Assembly (NCBI GenBank): GCA_030620155.1
Contig: JAUXFF010000001.1
Location: 1-55,631, forward strand
Source of the DNA: Candidatus Cloacimonadota bacterium
Lineage (GTDB): Bacteria > Cloacimonadota > Cloacimonadia > Cloacimonadales > TCS61
Direction of reading: 5' to 3'
DNA length: 55,631 bases
The position numbers were made by a program, and so were the translations under genes. The notes under the pieces are model-generated. The model was not told the origin of the DNA. It saw nothing but the letters and a program-made list of their open reading frames with translations, and did no database searches. Positions within the stretch are counted from its first letter, which is position 1; each line of letters begins with the position of its first letter. Positions 1 through 9,963 of this stretch are shown piece by piece.

Positions 1-133
1 AGGGGCAATTTCTAAATTCCTGCGTAGAAATATCAGAGAAAAGCAACCTATGATAAGATATATTATGTAAACTAATATATCTGAGTTTAATTTGTTGCAA
101 TTGAATAAGATAAGGATATAAGGAGATTTTATT

Positions 134-1015
134 GTGGTTAAAAGTATGACAGGTTTTGGGAAGGCCAGTAAATTTGAAAATGATTTTGAGATTGAAATTG
201 AAATCAGGTCAGTCAATAATAAATTTTTTAATGCCAAGGTTATTCTTCCGAAGGAATTAAATTTTATTGAAAATGAAATCAGGAGTTTAGTAAGAAATAA
301 AATTCTTAGAGGTAAGATCGATCTAAGAGTAAAATTCAAGGATAATGATATACCTGAGCTGCAACTTAATGAAAAAAGACTTAAAGTATTCCATAATGTT
401 TATAAGCAGGCTCAGAAGATTTTAAATATCAAATCAGAAATTCCTTTAAACATGATTTTTTCTGAAAATGATATTATCTCAATTAAAAATAAGGAATTAG
501 ATAATAAAGATATCAGAGATTTAATTTTGGAAACAGCAACAGAAGCGATTCTTGATCATCAGTATATGGCTATCAAAGAAGGACATTCAATGAAAATATA
601 CCTTGAAAAGTCTATGAAAATATGTTCGAAGTCAATTAAAACACTGGAAAAGTTATTTCCTGTGTATAAAAAGGATTTATTTGATAAATATAAGAAGAAT
701 ATAGAGGAATTAATTTCTGATAAACTGAATGAAGAAGCTGTGAAGAAAATTACTTTAGAGACTTCAATATATGTTGAAAAAGCTGATGTAACAGAAGAAA
801 TTATCAGATTGAAGGATCATATAGAAAAATTCAATGAAAAATTAAAAGGACAAGACCTGGAAACAGGTAAAACACTTAATTTTATTTTGCAGGAAATGCA
901 GAGAGAAATAAATACAATAGGCTCTAAATTCAATACAGTAAAGGCTTTCAAGGAAATTTTATCAACTAAGGAAGAAATAGAAAAATGCAGGGAGATAGTT
1001 CAAAATGTCGAATAA
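134..1015 (+). CDS. yicC: YicC/YloC-family protein (stress-induced endoribonuclease family)
   Basis: MVKSMTGFG N-terminus, RSVNNKF, and the C-terminal DVTEEIIRLKDH...LQEMQREINTIGSK signature are typical of YicC. AAGGAG lies about 9 nt upstream of the GTG start. Confidence 0.85.
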   Translation: MVKSMTGFGKASKFENDFEIEIEIRSVNNKFFNAKVILPKELNFIENEIRSLVRNKILRGKIDLRVKFKDNDIPELQLNEKRLKVFHNVYKQAQKILNIKSEIPLNMIFSENDIISIKNKELDNKDIRDLILETATEAILDHQYMAIKEGHSMKIYLEKSMKICSKSIKTLEKLFPVYKKDLFDKYKKNIEELISDKLNEEAVKKITLETSIYVEKADVTEEIIRLKDHIEKFNEKLKGQDLETGKTLNFILQEMQREINTIGSKFNTVKAFKEILSTKEEIEKCREIVQNVE

Positions 1016-1469
1016 AAATGAAGAAATAACACAAAAGGAAAAACCGCTTCTCTCATGGGCCTCTCACCCATTTAGAGACTTTCCCTTAACTTCCATTTTC
1101 CTGGTTATATTCATCATTATTATTGCTTTTTCTTTATGGAGAATAGCTGTAGAAATCTGGGATATGCCATTATTTTATTATTTAGGATTAACTTTTTTAC
1201 TGTTAAGTCTTATGCCTTATTTTATAAAAACGAAATATGAATTTTACGAAGACAAAGTAGTTATTTATTATTGGATTATAAAGGTTAAGAAGAGATATGA
1301 TGATTTCGGTTGTTTCTATGCTGATAAAAAAGGGATTATGCTGGGAACTTTTAAAATGCCACGACGCTTAGATGCATTCAGAGGACAATCTATAAGATTT
1401 TCCAAAACAAAAACAGAAAAAGAAGAAATATTCAAAATATTAAAAGAAAAAATAGGGGAAAAATACTGA
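1005..1469 (+). CDS. small membrane protein, family not recognised
   Basis: The ATG overlaps the yicC stop. Two hydrophobic helices (LTSIFLVIFIIIIAFSLW, LFYYLGLTFLLLSLMPYF) are followed by a basic soluble tail. Confidence 0.5.
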   Translation: MSNKNEEITQKEKPLLSWASHPFRDFPLTSIFLVIFIIIIAFSLWRIAVEIWDMPLFYYLGLTFLLLSLMPYFIKTKYEFYEDKVVIYYWIIKVKKRYDDFGCFYADKKGIMLGTFKMPRRLDAFRGQSIRFSKTKTEKEEIFKILKEKIGEKY

Positions 1470-3553
1470 TGTTTGATAAAAATTTAGCCTATGTAATTGA
1501 GAAATTACTCAAAGAAAGTACAGATAACCGATTCAAATTAAAAGAAATAGAAAAAATATTAAGAATACGAAAATATAAGCACAAAGATCTCATTGATACT
1601 TTATTTGCATTAGTGAGAGAAAAAAGAATTAAGTTGAAAGCGAGAAAATATTCTGCTCTTGATGATGAAAAATTTGAAACTATTACAGGTTCTTTTGATG
1701 CACGTTCTCTTGCTAAAAATAAATCTTATGCCTTTGTTATAACGGAAAAATTCGATATTTATGTTTCAAGTGAAGATATACTCAATGCCTATCATAATGA
1801 TCAAGTTGAAATTCAGATAAAATATTCCAGGAATCGCAAGAAATATGGTATTATTACTAAAATCATATCCAGAAAAAGTGATATTTTTGTAGGAGTTGTC
1901 CAAAAGTATGGAAATCAAATTTATCTTACACCGGATAATTCTCGTATTCACACCAATTTTAATATCAACGATTTAAATGATGCCAAACCCGGTGAGAAGG
2001 TGGTTCTAAAGATTCTAAATTGGGGAAACAGGGAATTACAAAAACTCCCGATAGGTGATGTTACTGAAGTATTGGGAAAAGCCGGGGAACCGGAAGTCGA
2101 AATATTAAGTGTTATCAAGCAATATGGATTACCCCTGGTTTTTCCGGAACAGGTATTAGCTGAATTAAAAGATATACCGGAAATAATTCCTGAAAGCGAG
2201 ATAAAGAATAGGATAGATTTACGTGATCTAATAACTTTTACGATCGATCCTGTATCTGCAAAAGATTTTGATGATGCAATTTCCCTGGAAAAACAAAAGG
2301 ATAAAGTCATTTTATATGTACATATCGCTGATGTAGCTCATTATATTCAACCAGGTTCAAATTTGTTTAATGAAGTCTTGAACCGTGGAAACAGTTATTA
2401 TTTTCCTAAGAAAGTTATTCCAATGCTCCCGGAAAAGATTTCCAATAAAATTTGCAGTTTAAGACCTTTTGAAACAAAATTAACGGTTACTGTAATAACT
2501 GAGTTTGATAATTCATACAACATTATAAACCAGGAAGTTGTAGAAAGTATTATAGAATCCAATGCCCGTTTTTCATATGAAGAAATTGATGCTCTTTTTG
2601 ATAAACAGGAACATGAAATCCCGTCTGATATTGCTGAAATTCTCTTAGAAATGCGTAAACTCTCCTCTGCCCTTATCCAAAAGAGAATTAATAATGGTTA
2701 TCTTCAATTAAATATACCTGAAACTGAATATATTTTTGATGATACAGGACATATTATTGATCTTCAAAGAAGCAAACAGACAGAATCACATATTTTAATA
2801 GAAAATTTCATGCTCATTGCTAATGAGTATATTGCCGGGCAACTATCTGATAAACCAACTCTTTATCGAATTCATGAGATACCTGACGAAGAAAAGGTTA
2901 TGAATATGAAAGATATTGTTGAAAAATATGAACTTGAACTCACAACTCAGATTAACTTTAATTTATCATTCCAGAAACTTCTGGAAGCAATGCCTGATAA
3001 TTCTTTTCATCGTGTATTTGATAGAATGATTCTGAGAAGTATGAAAAAAGCGAAATATTCTATTTTGAACCAGGGACATTTTGGTCTGGCTATGGATACG
3101 TACACACATTTCACATCACCGATCAGAAGATTATGTGACCTCATAGTACATCATCAGATCAAAGACAGGATCAACTCTCGCAGCGACAAATTCAATAAAC
3201 CCGAATTAAAAACTTTCGCAGAAATTGCTTCGGAAAGGGAATTGATCGCAGATGAATCCGAACGTGAAGTTGATATAAAAAATAAATTAAACTTTATGAA
3301 AAAGAAACTGGGTGAGGAATATGAAGGAATAATCGTTGCTCTAAGGAAAAACGCGATCATTATTGAAATTGACAGATACCCGGTTACCGGTGTTGTTCCC
3401 ATACAATCCTTAAAAGATGATTATTATGAATACAATGAACAATATATGCGGTTTTTCGGAAGGAAGAAAGGGAATATTTATAAACTTACAGATAAAGTTA
3501 AGGTTCTTGTCAGCCTTATAAGTGATGATATCTATTTTCAATTGATAAAATAA
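1469..3553 (+). CDS. rnr: ribonuclease R (RNB-family 3'-5' exoribonuclease with S1 domain)
   Basis: RNB motifs TIDPVSAKDFDDAIS and HFGLAMDTYTHFTSPIRRLCDLIVH, plus a C-terminal S1-like segment (YEGIIVALRKNAIIIEI). The start overlaps the preceding stop (TGATG). Confidence 0.9.
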   Translation: MFDKNLAYVIEKLLKESTDNRFKLKEIEKILRIRKYKHKDLIDTLFALVREKRIKLKARKYSALDDEKFETITGSFDARSLAKNKSYAFVITEKFDIYVSSEDILNAYHNDQVEIQIKYSRNRKKYGIITKIISRKSDIFVGVVQKYGNQIYLTPDNSRIHTNFNINDLNDAKPGEKVVLKILNWGNRELQKLPIGDVTEVLGKAGEPEVEILSVIKQYGLPLVFPEQVLAELKDIPEIIPESEIKNRIDLRDLITFTIDPVSAKDFDDAISLEKQKDKVILYVHIADVAHYIQPGSNLFNEVLNRGNSYYFPKKVIPMLPEKISNKICSLRPFETKLTVTVITEFDNSYNIINQEVVESIIESNARFSYEEIDALFDKQEHEIPSDIAEILLEMRKLSSALIQKRINNGYLQLNIPETEYIFDDTGHIIDLQRSKQTESHILIENFMLIANEYIAGQLSDKPTLYRIHEIPDEEKVMNMKDIVEKYELELTTQINFNLSFQKLLEAMPDNSFHRVFDRMILRSMKKAKYSILNQGHFGLAMDTYTHFTSPIRRLCDLIVHHQIKDRINSRSDKFNKPELKTFAEIASERELIADESEREVDIKNKLNFMKKKLGEEYEGIIVALRKNAIIIEIDRYPVTGVVPIQSLKDDYYEYNEQYMRFFGRKKGNIYKLTDKVKVLVSLISDDIYFQLIK

Positions 3554-3624
3554 TTTCATTGACACTCAAAACATAATCTAATATTAAAATTTATATATAA
3601 TTAAAAATCAAATAAGGATTTAAG

Positions 3625-4836
3625 ATGTTACTTTATATTTGTATTACAACATTGTTGTTCTTTATATTGTTACCTTACTTTCATATCCGTTTCAAAGGGA
3701 AAGAATTAAAACATAGATTTGGTTTTGTGGATATTGGTTTTGATAGTTCAATATGGATACATGCAGCTTCAGTTGGTGAAGTTAATGCAATAAAACCTCT
3801 TTTAAATAAACTATTAAATAAATATCCTGAAAAACATTTTGTGCTTTCTACAGTTACTAAAACCGGACGGGATATTGCAAATAAGATCAGTCCTAAACTA
3901 AAAACATTTTTCTTCCCCCTGGATGTAAATTTTATCATGAAACGTGCATTTAACAGTATTAATCCTGAGCTGATAATACTTATGGAAACTGAACTCTGGC
4001 CAAATATGCTTAAAATTGCCAGGAAAAGAAAAATACCGGTTTTAATTGTTAATGGTCGAATATCCAATAAATCATTTCCCAAATATAGAAGACTATTATT
4101 TTTCTGGAAATCTCTCTGGAAACCAGTTGTAGCAGTAAATGCTCAATCTGATTTAAATGCTGATAGATTTAATTTATTAGGTTTCAAAAATGTTTTAAAC
4201 ACGCATAATCTTAAATTCTGTTTAGAATTACCTGAATATGAAAAAAGCAAATTAAGGAAAGAGATGGGTTATTCTAAAGATGATTTCATTCTGGTTTGGG
4301 GAAGTAGTCGTCCCGGGGAGGAAAAGCTTCTTAAAAGCATTATTTGGGACCTGGAAAAAGAAATTCCTGCATTACAGGTTGTAATTGTGCCCAGGCATTT
4401 ATCCAGATTATCTGAAATAAAGGATATTTTTAAAGATTTTGATTACAAGTTATATTCTGAAAACAATAAACAAAGTAAGATAATTTTAGTAGATGAAATG
4501 AATATTTTAAATTTATTCTATGCATTAACAGATATTGCTATTGTTGGAGGAAGTTTTTTTAATTTTGGTGGACATAATCCTCTGGAACCTGCTTATTACG
4601 GTGTTCCTACTATTATGGGAGAATATTTCCAGTCATGTTCGGATACTGTGAATAAGTTAAAAAAGAATAAAGCTATTTTGATTTCTTCAAAAGATAAATT
4701 GAAAGATAATATTTTAAAGTTATATAAAAATAAGAATTTTGCTGAGATGCTGGGACAAAATGCTAAAAATACTATAAAACAAAATTCAGAGAGTTTAAAG
4801 AATAATCTGAAAATTCTGGAACAGTATATACAATAA
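3625..4836 (+). CDS. waaA: 3-deoxy-D-manno-octulosonic acid (Kdo) transferase
   Basis: N-terminal membrane anchor, IWIHAASVGEV motif and C-terminal GGSFFNFGGHNPLEPAYYGVP motif, characteristic of KdtA/WaaA. Confidence 0.85.
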   Translation: MLLYICITTLLFFILLPYFHIRFKGKELKHRFGFVDIGFDSSIWIHAASVGEVNAIKPLLNKLLNKYPEKHFVLSTVTKTGRDIANKISPKLKTFFFPLDVNFIMKRAFNSINPELIILMETELWPNMLKIARKRKIPVLIVNGRISNKSFPKYRRLLFFWKSLWKPVVAVNAQSDLNADRFNLLGFKNVLNTHNLKFCLELPEYEKSKLRKEMGYSKDDFILVWGSSRPGEEKLLKSIIWDLEKEIPALQVVIVPRHLSRLSEIKDIFKDFDYKLYSENNKQSKIILVDEMNILNLFYALTDIAIVGGSFFNFGGHNPLEPAYYGVPTIMGEYFQSCSDTVNKLKKNKAILISSKDKLKDNILKLYKNKNFAEMLGQNAKNTIKQNSESLKNNLKILEQYIQ

Positions 4837-5047
4837 CCTGGAATACATCGATTTAAAATATTAGATTTTTAGAAATATGAAAAAGAAAATCAGATGGAGT
4901 TTTATAGGGTAAAAGATAAATGAAAAAGATGTATAGAAAATTTTACACATCTCAGGATAATAAAATAAAAGGTTCTTCAAAATAGAGTGTTTTCTAACCT
5001 AACCTTCAGTCTTCCTCGATAGGTGATCCTCCTGCCCAGGCGAATAA

Positions 5048-5121
5048 ATAAGCCTAAGGCTTATAAATCCTTCTAAAAGGGGTGGGAAGGCAGAATTCCC
5101 CTTCTCCTTTTGGGAGAAGGG
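5048..5121. repeat. two GC-rich stem-loops upstream of the radical SAM gene
   Basis: ATAAGCC-TAA-GGCTTAT (5048-5064) and CCCTTCTCC-TTTTG-GGAGAAGGG (5099-5121, 9-bp stem), both read directly from the sequence. Confidence 0.7.
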
Positions 5122-5157
5122 ATTAAGGGATGAGGGTAATAAAAAAAAGAGGTTATA

Positions 5158-6132
5158 ATGAGAACTGCCAGATATTATGAAAAATTACCTGACAATGATG
5201 TCAGATGCCTGTTATGTCCGCATGATTGTTTAATTTCTGACAATCAATTCGGCATTTGTGGAGCCAGGCAAAATATAGATGGAACTCTTTATTCAAAAAA
5301 TTATGCTCAAACTGTGACAGTAAGCATTGATCCTATGGAAAAAAAACCTTTATATCACTTCTATCCTGGTGAAAGTGTTTTATCTATAGGTTGTAATTCC
5401 TGCAATTTTTCCTGTGATTTTTGTCAGAATTATTCTATCAGCCAGCTTCAGGCATCTACAAGGGAATTATCTCCAGGAGCTCTTGTTGAGGTTGCTGAAA
5501 AGCATCTTTGTAAATTTGTTGCTTTTACTTATACCGAACCTATTACCTGGTTTGAATATGTACTGGAATCTTCCAAACTTCTTAAAGAATACAAAATCAA
5601 GACAGTAATGGTAACAAATGGATTTATTAATCCCGAGCCTTTAAATGAGCTTCTCCCCTACATCGATGCTATGAATATTGATCTGAAATCAATGGAAAAC
5701 AATTTTTATAAAAAGATCTGTAAAGGCAAATTACAACCTGTTCTGGATACAATAAAAACTGTGGCTGGAAAGTGTCATTTAGAGATCACTAACCTGTTGG
5801 TAACCGGGGAAAATGATTCTGAAAGTAACATTAAAGAACTGGTTAATTTCATTGCAGAAATCAACCCTGATATTCCTATGCATTTTTCCAAATATTTCCC
5901 TCAATACAAAATGCATAATCCTCCTACATCAGAATCAGTTCTTAAAATGGCTAAAGAAATCGCTAAGAAAAAATTGCATTATGTGTATTTAGGAAATGTT
6001 TTAGCAGATACAAGAATCTATTGCCCTGATTGTAATAAACTTCTTGTTAAAAGAGGATTTCCTCCTAAAATCTATATTAAAGATAATAAATGTCCTGAGT
6101 GTGATTTTGAAATTTACGGTGAATTTGAATAA
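5158..6132 (+). CDS. amrS: AmmeMemoRadiSam-system type radical SAM enzyme (PFL-activase-like)
   Basis: Radical SAM cluster motif CNFSCDFCQNY, the N-terminal VRCLLCPHDCLISDNQFGICGARQN segment typical of this family, and a C-terminal CPDC...CPEC ribbon. Confidence 0.75.
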   Translation: MRTARYYEKLPDNDVRCLLCPHDCLISDNQFGICGARQNIDGTLYSKNYAQTVTVSIDPMEKKPLYHFYPGESVLSIGCNSCNFSCDFCQNYSISQLQASTRELSPGALVEVAEKHLCKFVAFTYTEPITWFEYVLESSKLLKEYKIKTVMVTNGFINPEPLNELLPYIDAMNIDLKSMENNFYKKICKGKLQPVLDTIKTVAGKCHLEITNLLVTGENDSESNIKELVNFIAEINPDIPMHFSKYFPQYKMHNPPTSESVLKMAKEIAKKKLHYVYLGNVLADTRIYCPDCNKLLVKRGFPPKIYIKDNKCPECDFEIYGEFE

Positions 6133-6142
6133 ATATTAAATA

Positions 6143-6520
6143 ATGTTTAAACATCATTTTTTTGAGATAAAAAAAATATTTACTAAGGCTGACATATTCT
6201 TAATAATATTCTTACTGATCCTCTCCTTTGTATCGCTTTATTCTTTTAGTAGAAATCTATCCCGGAAATATGTAGAAATCTATTATCATAATCAACTAAT
6301 TGGAAAATACAAATTAGACAAAACACAGGTTATAACTGTTGATGAGGGAATTGTTGTTGAAATAAAAGATGGAAAAGTACGGATGAAAGAATCAACCTGT
6401 AAGAATCAATTTTGTGTGAAACAAGGTTGGATAAAACACTTTCCGATTGTTTGCGTTCCTAATGAAGTATTGATTCTTTTCAGAGGAAAGATAAAAAAGG
6501 AAATGTTGATCACAAGGTAG
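6143..6520 (+). CDS. NusG domain II-containing small membrane-anchored protein
   Basis: N-terminal TM helix, then VVEIKDGKVRMKESTCKNQFCVKQGWIKHFPIVCVPNEVLI, which matches my recollection of the NusG_II family signature. Confidence 0.6.
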   Translation: MFKHHFFEIKKIFTKADIFLIIFLLILSFVSLYSFSRNLSRKYVEIYYHNQLIGKYKLDKTQVITVDEGIVVEIKDGKVRMKESTCKNQFCVKQGWIKHFPIVCVPNEVLILFRGKIKKEMLITR

Positions 6521-6805
6521 AAAAAGAAAGCTTTTTCCGAAGCTTCCATCAGAGAAATTCTTTCAACCAACCTGTCAGGGCGTAGCCAAGCGAAGACTGA
6601 GATTCGGAAAGTTTTCTCATAACCGGCTTTCCCAATCCTTCTTCATCCAACCTTCCGAATCTTTTCACATGAGAAAAAAGTGAAAGAAAAGCTTCGGAAT
6701 GTAATTTTGTCTTTCCGAAGCTTCCATCAGAGGAATTCTTTCCGGCAGCTGCCGGATTCGGAAAGTTACGAAAAAAAGTATCTAACATATTGAAAAATAA
6801 GCTCA
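6521..6805. repeat. mosaic intergenic repeat region (TTCCGAAG/CTTCGGAA family plus a 16-bp palindrome)
   Basis: Direct repeat TTCCGAAGCTTCCATCAGAG(A/G)AATTCTTT at 6535-6563 and 6713-6741. GATTCGGAAAGTT occurs twice. TCCGGCAGCTGCCGGA sits at 6741-6756. The same family occurs in reverse orientation at 35556-35607. Confidence 0.8.
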
Positions 6806-8503
6806 CTAATACTTTTCATATATTAATTGATGCCATACATCAAAGGTCATCCACCAAATTAAATAATTTGCATTATTCCTTGTACCTTTAAAATAATCAG
6901 AAGCCATTTTTCTGATTTTTTTCTTATTATATATTTGACTGTTAACGAATCCGATATCCGATAAACGGGATAAGATATATTCTCTATTTTTATGTAGGAA
7001 CAAATGTTTTTCCGTTGATGGTTCTCTAACAAAAAAAGACATAATTTTTCCCCACATGAAACTTGTATATTTGTTATGTTGAAATGGTATAATAGTTCCA
7101 TATCGAGCAAGAGGATAATATTTCAAAATGATAGAATTTTTCAGAATATAATGATTTATTCTTTCTTTTTGTCTATATTTTGGTGATAAATTAAAAATTC
7201 TATTAAGAACAATGGGTTGAATAAATGGCATGAAATTTCGAGTTATCGCATCAAGTCTTGTTTGAGATGGGAAACTGCAATTTCCTGTTCTATATCTTAT
7301 ATTATATAAATCTACCCAATTATCTATCCCGAATTCAGAAACTTCCGGCATATTTTGCATTAGAGAATCTACTTGAGTGATTAGATCCATATTCCATGTT
7401 TCAGTTAATTCCCTTATAAAAATATCTGGTTTAGGTTTAAATAGGAAATGTTTTATTTTTTCGATATTTTTATCGATCAAAGCAGATTTACCCTGTAATG
7501 CAAGTCGATTTGACAGACTTCTTCGTATATATTCACCTTTACCACCATCAATGAAAAATTGTTTTTTAGGTAGAAGTTTATAATAATTCAGAAAATGATA
7601 AGTATTTACCGGCATTAAACCATTTGTTTCCTTAATAAATTCCTGCCATGTTCCCAAAACATCATCATGTTCAAATAATTGTAAGTTATAATGAGAACAT
7701 TTAAACTTTAATAATTTGCATAACTTAAGAGAAATTTTCACATCGAAATCAGAATTTTCTCCAAATGTGTAAGTAGCCCATGATTCTTGATCAAAATGTA
7801 ATAATATTGAAAGCAATGTTCTCGAATCAATTCCTCCGGAAAGCCCTAAATTGATTGTCTCTCCACTTTCAATAAGGGAACTGATTAGACTATTTAATAT
7901 TTTGATTACATCATTGATATTAGTATCTGACTCCTCAGGAAGCCACAATTTATTTGATATTTTCAAACCTTCAGAAGAGATCGTGGCTTTTCCACCAGGA
8001 CCTAAAAAGCGAATATCTTGTATTATACTCTCGTATATTATTGGATTTTCTAGATTCCAGTATGAACATAAGTAAGAAAGATTTATCTTAGTAGAATCAA
8101 TAAATTTAATCAACCAATCCAATCTTGTTGAGAAAAATACCTCTTTTCCATTATCGTAGAAAAAGAGTTCTCTCAACCCTAAAGGATCATTTGAAAAATG
8201 AATTTCATTTCTATCTATTTGAATTATTAAAAAGTGACCATTTAATTTAGAAAAATCATTACTGGTTTTAAATTGTTTTTCCCAATGATATTTTTTCATT
8301 ATAGAGAAACTTTTATCGTAAAATATCCCTGAACCGCATACAATAAACAGATTGTTAGGATCATTTAATGAAGTAATTAATGATTCTCCATAACCAGCAA
8401 TATAAAGGTTCTCTTGTTTATGAATTGTTTTCACATTAGAAGAAAAATCTTTAATGTGAGTTAAGTCATTTTTTTTCGAAAATTTACCAACTATCCATGT
8501 CAT
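6806..8503 (-). CDS. asparagine synthetase B-like adenylating enzyme lacking the N-terminal Cys nucleophile
   Basis: PP-loop LGLSGGIDSRT in the centre. The N-terminal Ntn-like domain (NGHFLIIQIDRNEIHFSNDPLGLRELFF) begins MTWIVGKF instead of MCG. Confidence 0.7.
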   Translation of the reverse strand: MTWIVGKFSKKNDLTHIKDFSSNVKTIHKQENLYIAGYGESLITSLNDPNNLFIVCGSGIFYDKSFSIMKKYHWEKQFKTSNDFSKLNGHFLIIQIDRNEIHFSNDPLGLRELFFYDNGKEVFFSTRLDWLIKFIDSTKINLSYLCSYWNLENPIIYESIIQDIRFLGPGGKATISSEGLKISNKLWLPEESDTNINDVIKILNSLISSLIESGETINLGLSGGIDSRTLLSILLHFDQESWATYTFGENSDFDVKISLKLCKLLKFKCSHYNLQLFEHDDVLGTWQEFIKETNGLMPVNTYHFLNYYKLLPKKQFFIDGGKGEYIRRSLSNRLALQGKSALIDKNIEKIKHFLFKPKPDIFIRELTETWNMDLITQVDSLMQNMPEVSEFGIDNWVDLYNIRYRTGNCSFPSQTRLDAITRNFMPFIQPIVLNRIFNLSPKYRQKERINHYILKNSIILKYYPLARYGTIIPFQHNKYTSFMWGKIMSFFVREPSTEKHLFLHKNREYILSRLSDIGFVNSQIYNKKKIRKMASDYFKGTRNNANYLIWWMTFDVWHQLIYEKY

Positions 8504-8530
8504 AAAAACAATAAGCTAATAGAAATTATT

Positions 8531-9883
8531 TTAACTAAACAATTTTATTCGTTCTTCAATTAAGTTCCTGATCTCGTTTAATCTTTCTTCTGTTTCTGCT
8601 TCAAAACGCAGTACTAAAACAGGGGTAGTATTGGAAGCACGACAAAGTCCCCATCCATCCGGGAATGTAATTCGCAATCCATCGATAGCATTTACATCAT
8701 ATCCTTCTTTGATAAAGGAATCACGAACTTTTTCAACAATTTTAAATTTATCTTCATCAGTACTGGGAATGTGGAGTTCAGGTGTATTATACATTTTAGG
8801 CTGGTCTGCCAGGAATTGACTAACAGGCTGATCACTCGCTGACATGATCTCCACAAAACGGCAGGCAACATAAATCGCATCATCAAAGCCAAGAAAACGG
8901 TCTTTTAAAAATACATGACCACTCATTTCACCACTGACTTTTATTCCCTCTTCCTGCATTTTACTTTTTATATTAGCATGACCTGTCTTATACATAATCG
9001 GTATTCCGTTGTATTTTTTTATGTCATCAAACAGGTTTTTGGAACATTTCACATCAGCTATGATCTTTTCCCCGGGATTATCTTTAAGGAAATCTCTAAC
9101 AATGATATTCAGTATCTGATCTCCAAAAAGCATTTTCCCGTTTTCATCAACAACACCAATTCTATCTGCATCTCCATCCAACCCTATTCCTGCTTCTGCT
9201 TTTGTTTCCTTGACTTTTGCTATCAGGTCTTTCAGATATTTCTCTACTGTAGGGTCAGGATGATGGTTGGGAAAAGTACCATCCAGTTCACAGTACAATT
9301 CAATAACTTCACAACCCAGTCTCCTTAAAATTTCAGGAAGATATGGTCCGCCCGAGCCATTACCGGCATCGATCACAACTTTTACAGGGCGTTCCAACTT
9401 AATACTCTCAACAATGTAGTCCTTGTATAATTCACTCATTTTATCATTTGAAGATAATGAGCCTTTTCCCGATTCAAATTTTCCGCTCTGTATGATTTTC
9501 AGAATTTCCTGGATATCCTGTCCAAAAACACTTTGCAGACCTTGATTTAGTTTGATACCATTATATTCGGCAGGATTATGGCTGGCAGTAATCATAACTC
9601 CACCATCGGTTTTCAGATACCAGATCGAATAATACAGAACAGGCGTAGCCATAATGCCTACATCAATAACATCGATACCTGTTTCCAGTAACCCTTTGAT
9701 AAATTGCTCCTTGAATCGCGGAGTACTCAACCTGGCGTCTCCGCCTATTACTGAACTTTTAAAATTCTTTTTTCTTAGATAAGTTCCGAATCCTTTACCA
9801 ATCAGGTATAAAGTCTCATCAGTTAAATCTTTACCAACAATTCCACGGATATCGTATTGCCTGAATATCTGAGGATTAACCAT
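8531..9883 (-). CDS. phosphomannomutase/phosphoglucomutase
   Basis: IFRQYDIRGIVGKDL N-terminus, active-site TASHNPAEYNGIK and Mg loop GLDGDADR. I moved the start to ATG 9883 (MVNPQ), which has a GGAG RBS. The 28 upstream codons in the ORF track lie in a repeat. Confidence 0.85.
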   Translation of the reverse strand: MVNPQIFRQYDIRGIVGKDLTDETLYLIGKGFGTYLRKKNFKSSVIGGDARLSTPRFKEQFIKGLLETGIDVIDVGIMATPVLYYSIWYLKTDGGVMITASHNPAEYNGIKLNQGLQSVFGQDIQEILKIIQSGKFESGKGSLSSNDKMSELYKDYIVESIKLERPVKVVIDAGNGSGGPYLPEILRRLGCEVIELYCELDGTFPNHHPDPTVEKYLKDLIAKVKETKAEAGIGLDGDADRIGVVDENGKMLFGDQILNIIVRDFLKDNPGEKIIADVKCSKNLFDDIKKYNGIPIMYKTGHANIKSKMQEEGIKVSGEMSGHVFLKDRFLGFDDAIYVACRFVEIMSASDQPVSQFLADQPKMYNTPELHIPSTDEDKFKIVEKVRDSFIKEGYDVNAIDGLRITFPDGWGLCRASNTTPVLVLRFEAETEERLNEIRNLIEERIKLFS

Positions 9884-9900
9884 AAAATTCTCCTTTTCAT

Positions 9901-9952
9901 GTAACGCAAAGCTTTTACCATGCCGGATGACATGGCCTGCTTTGCGATAAAC
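9901..9952. repeat. hairpin repeat flanking the RAYT gene (low-coordinate side)
   Basis: GTAACGCAAAGCTTTTAC...CTGCTTTGCGATAAAC. The outer stem is CGCAAAGC/GCTTTGCG (9905-9912 / 9939-9946), enclosing the nested hairpin CCATG-CCGGATGA-CATGG. It is related to 10674-10701. Confidence 0.7.
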
Positions 9953-9963
9953 TAATATAAACT

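Noticed and set aside
6549-6806. 85-aa ORF on the minus strand
   Set aside because: It lies entirely inside the TTCCGAAG/16-bp-palindrome repeat mosaic. Its composition is dictated by the repeats and there is no RBS, so I treat it as spurious.
6806-8503. Lasso-peptide biosynthetic cluster around the AsnB-like gene
   Set aside because: No transglutaminase-like protease, PqqD-like RRE or plausible precursor ORF is adjacent. The neighbours are a sugar mutase and repeats.
8915-9328. Long antisense ORFs inside well-supported genes, for example 8915-9328, 17647-18003, 21119-21475, 23432-23752 and 36889-37245
   Set aside because: Each is fully contained in the opposite strand of a gene with strong motif support, has low-complexity AT-biased composition and lacks an RBS. 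These are typical shadow ORFs.
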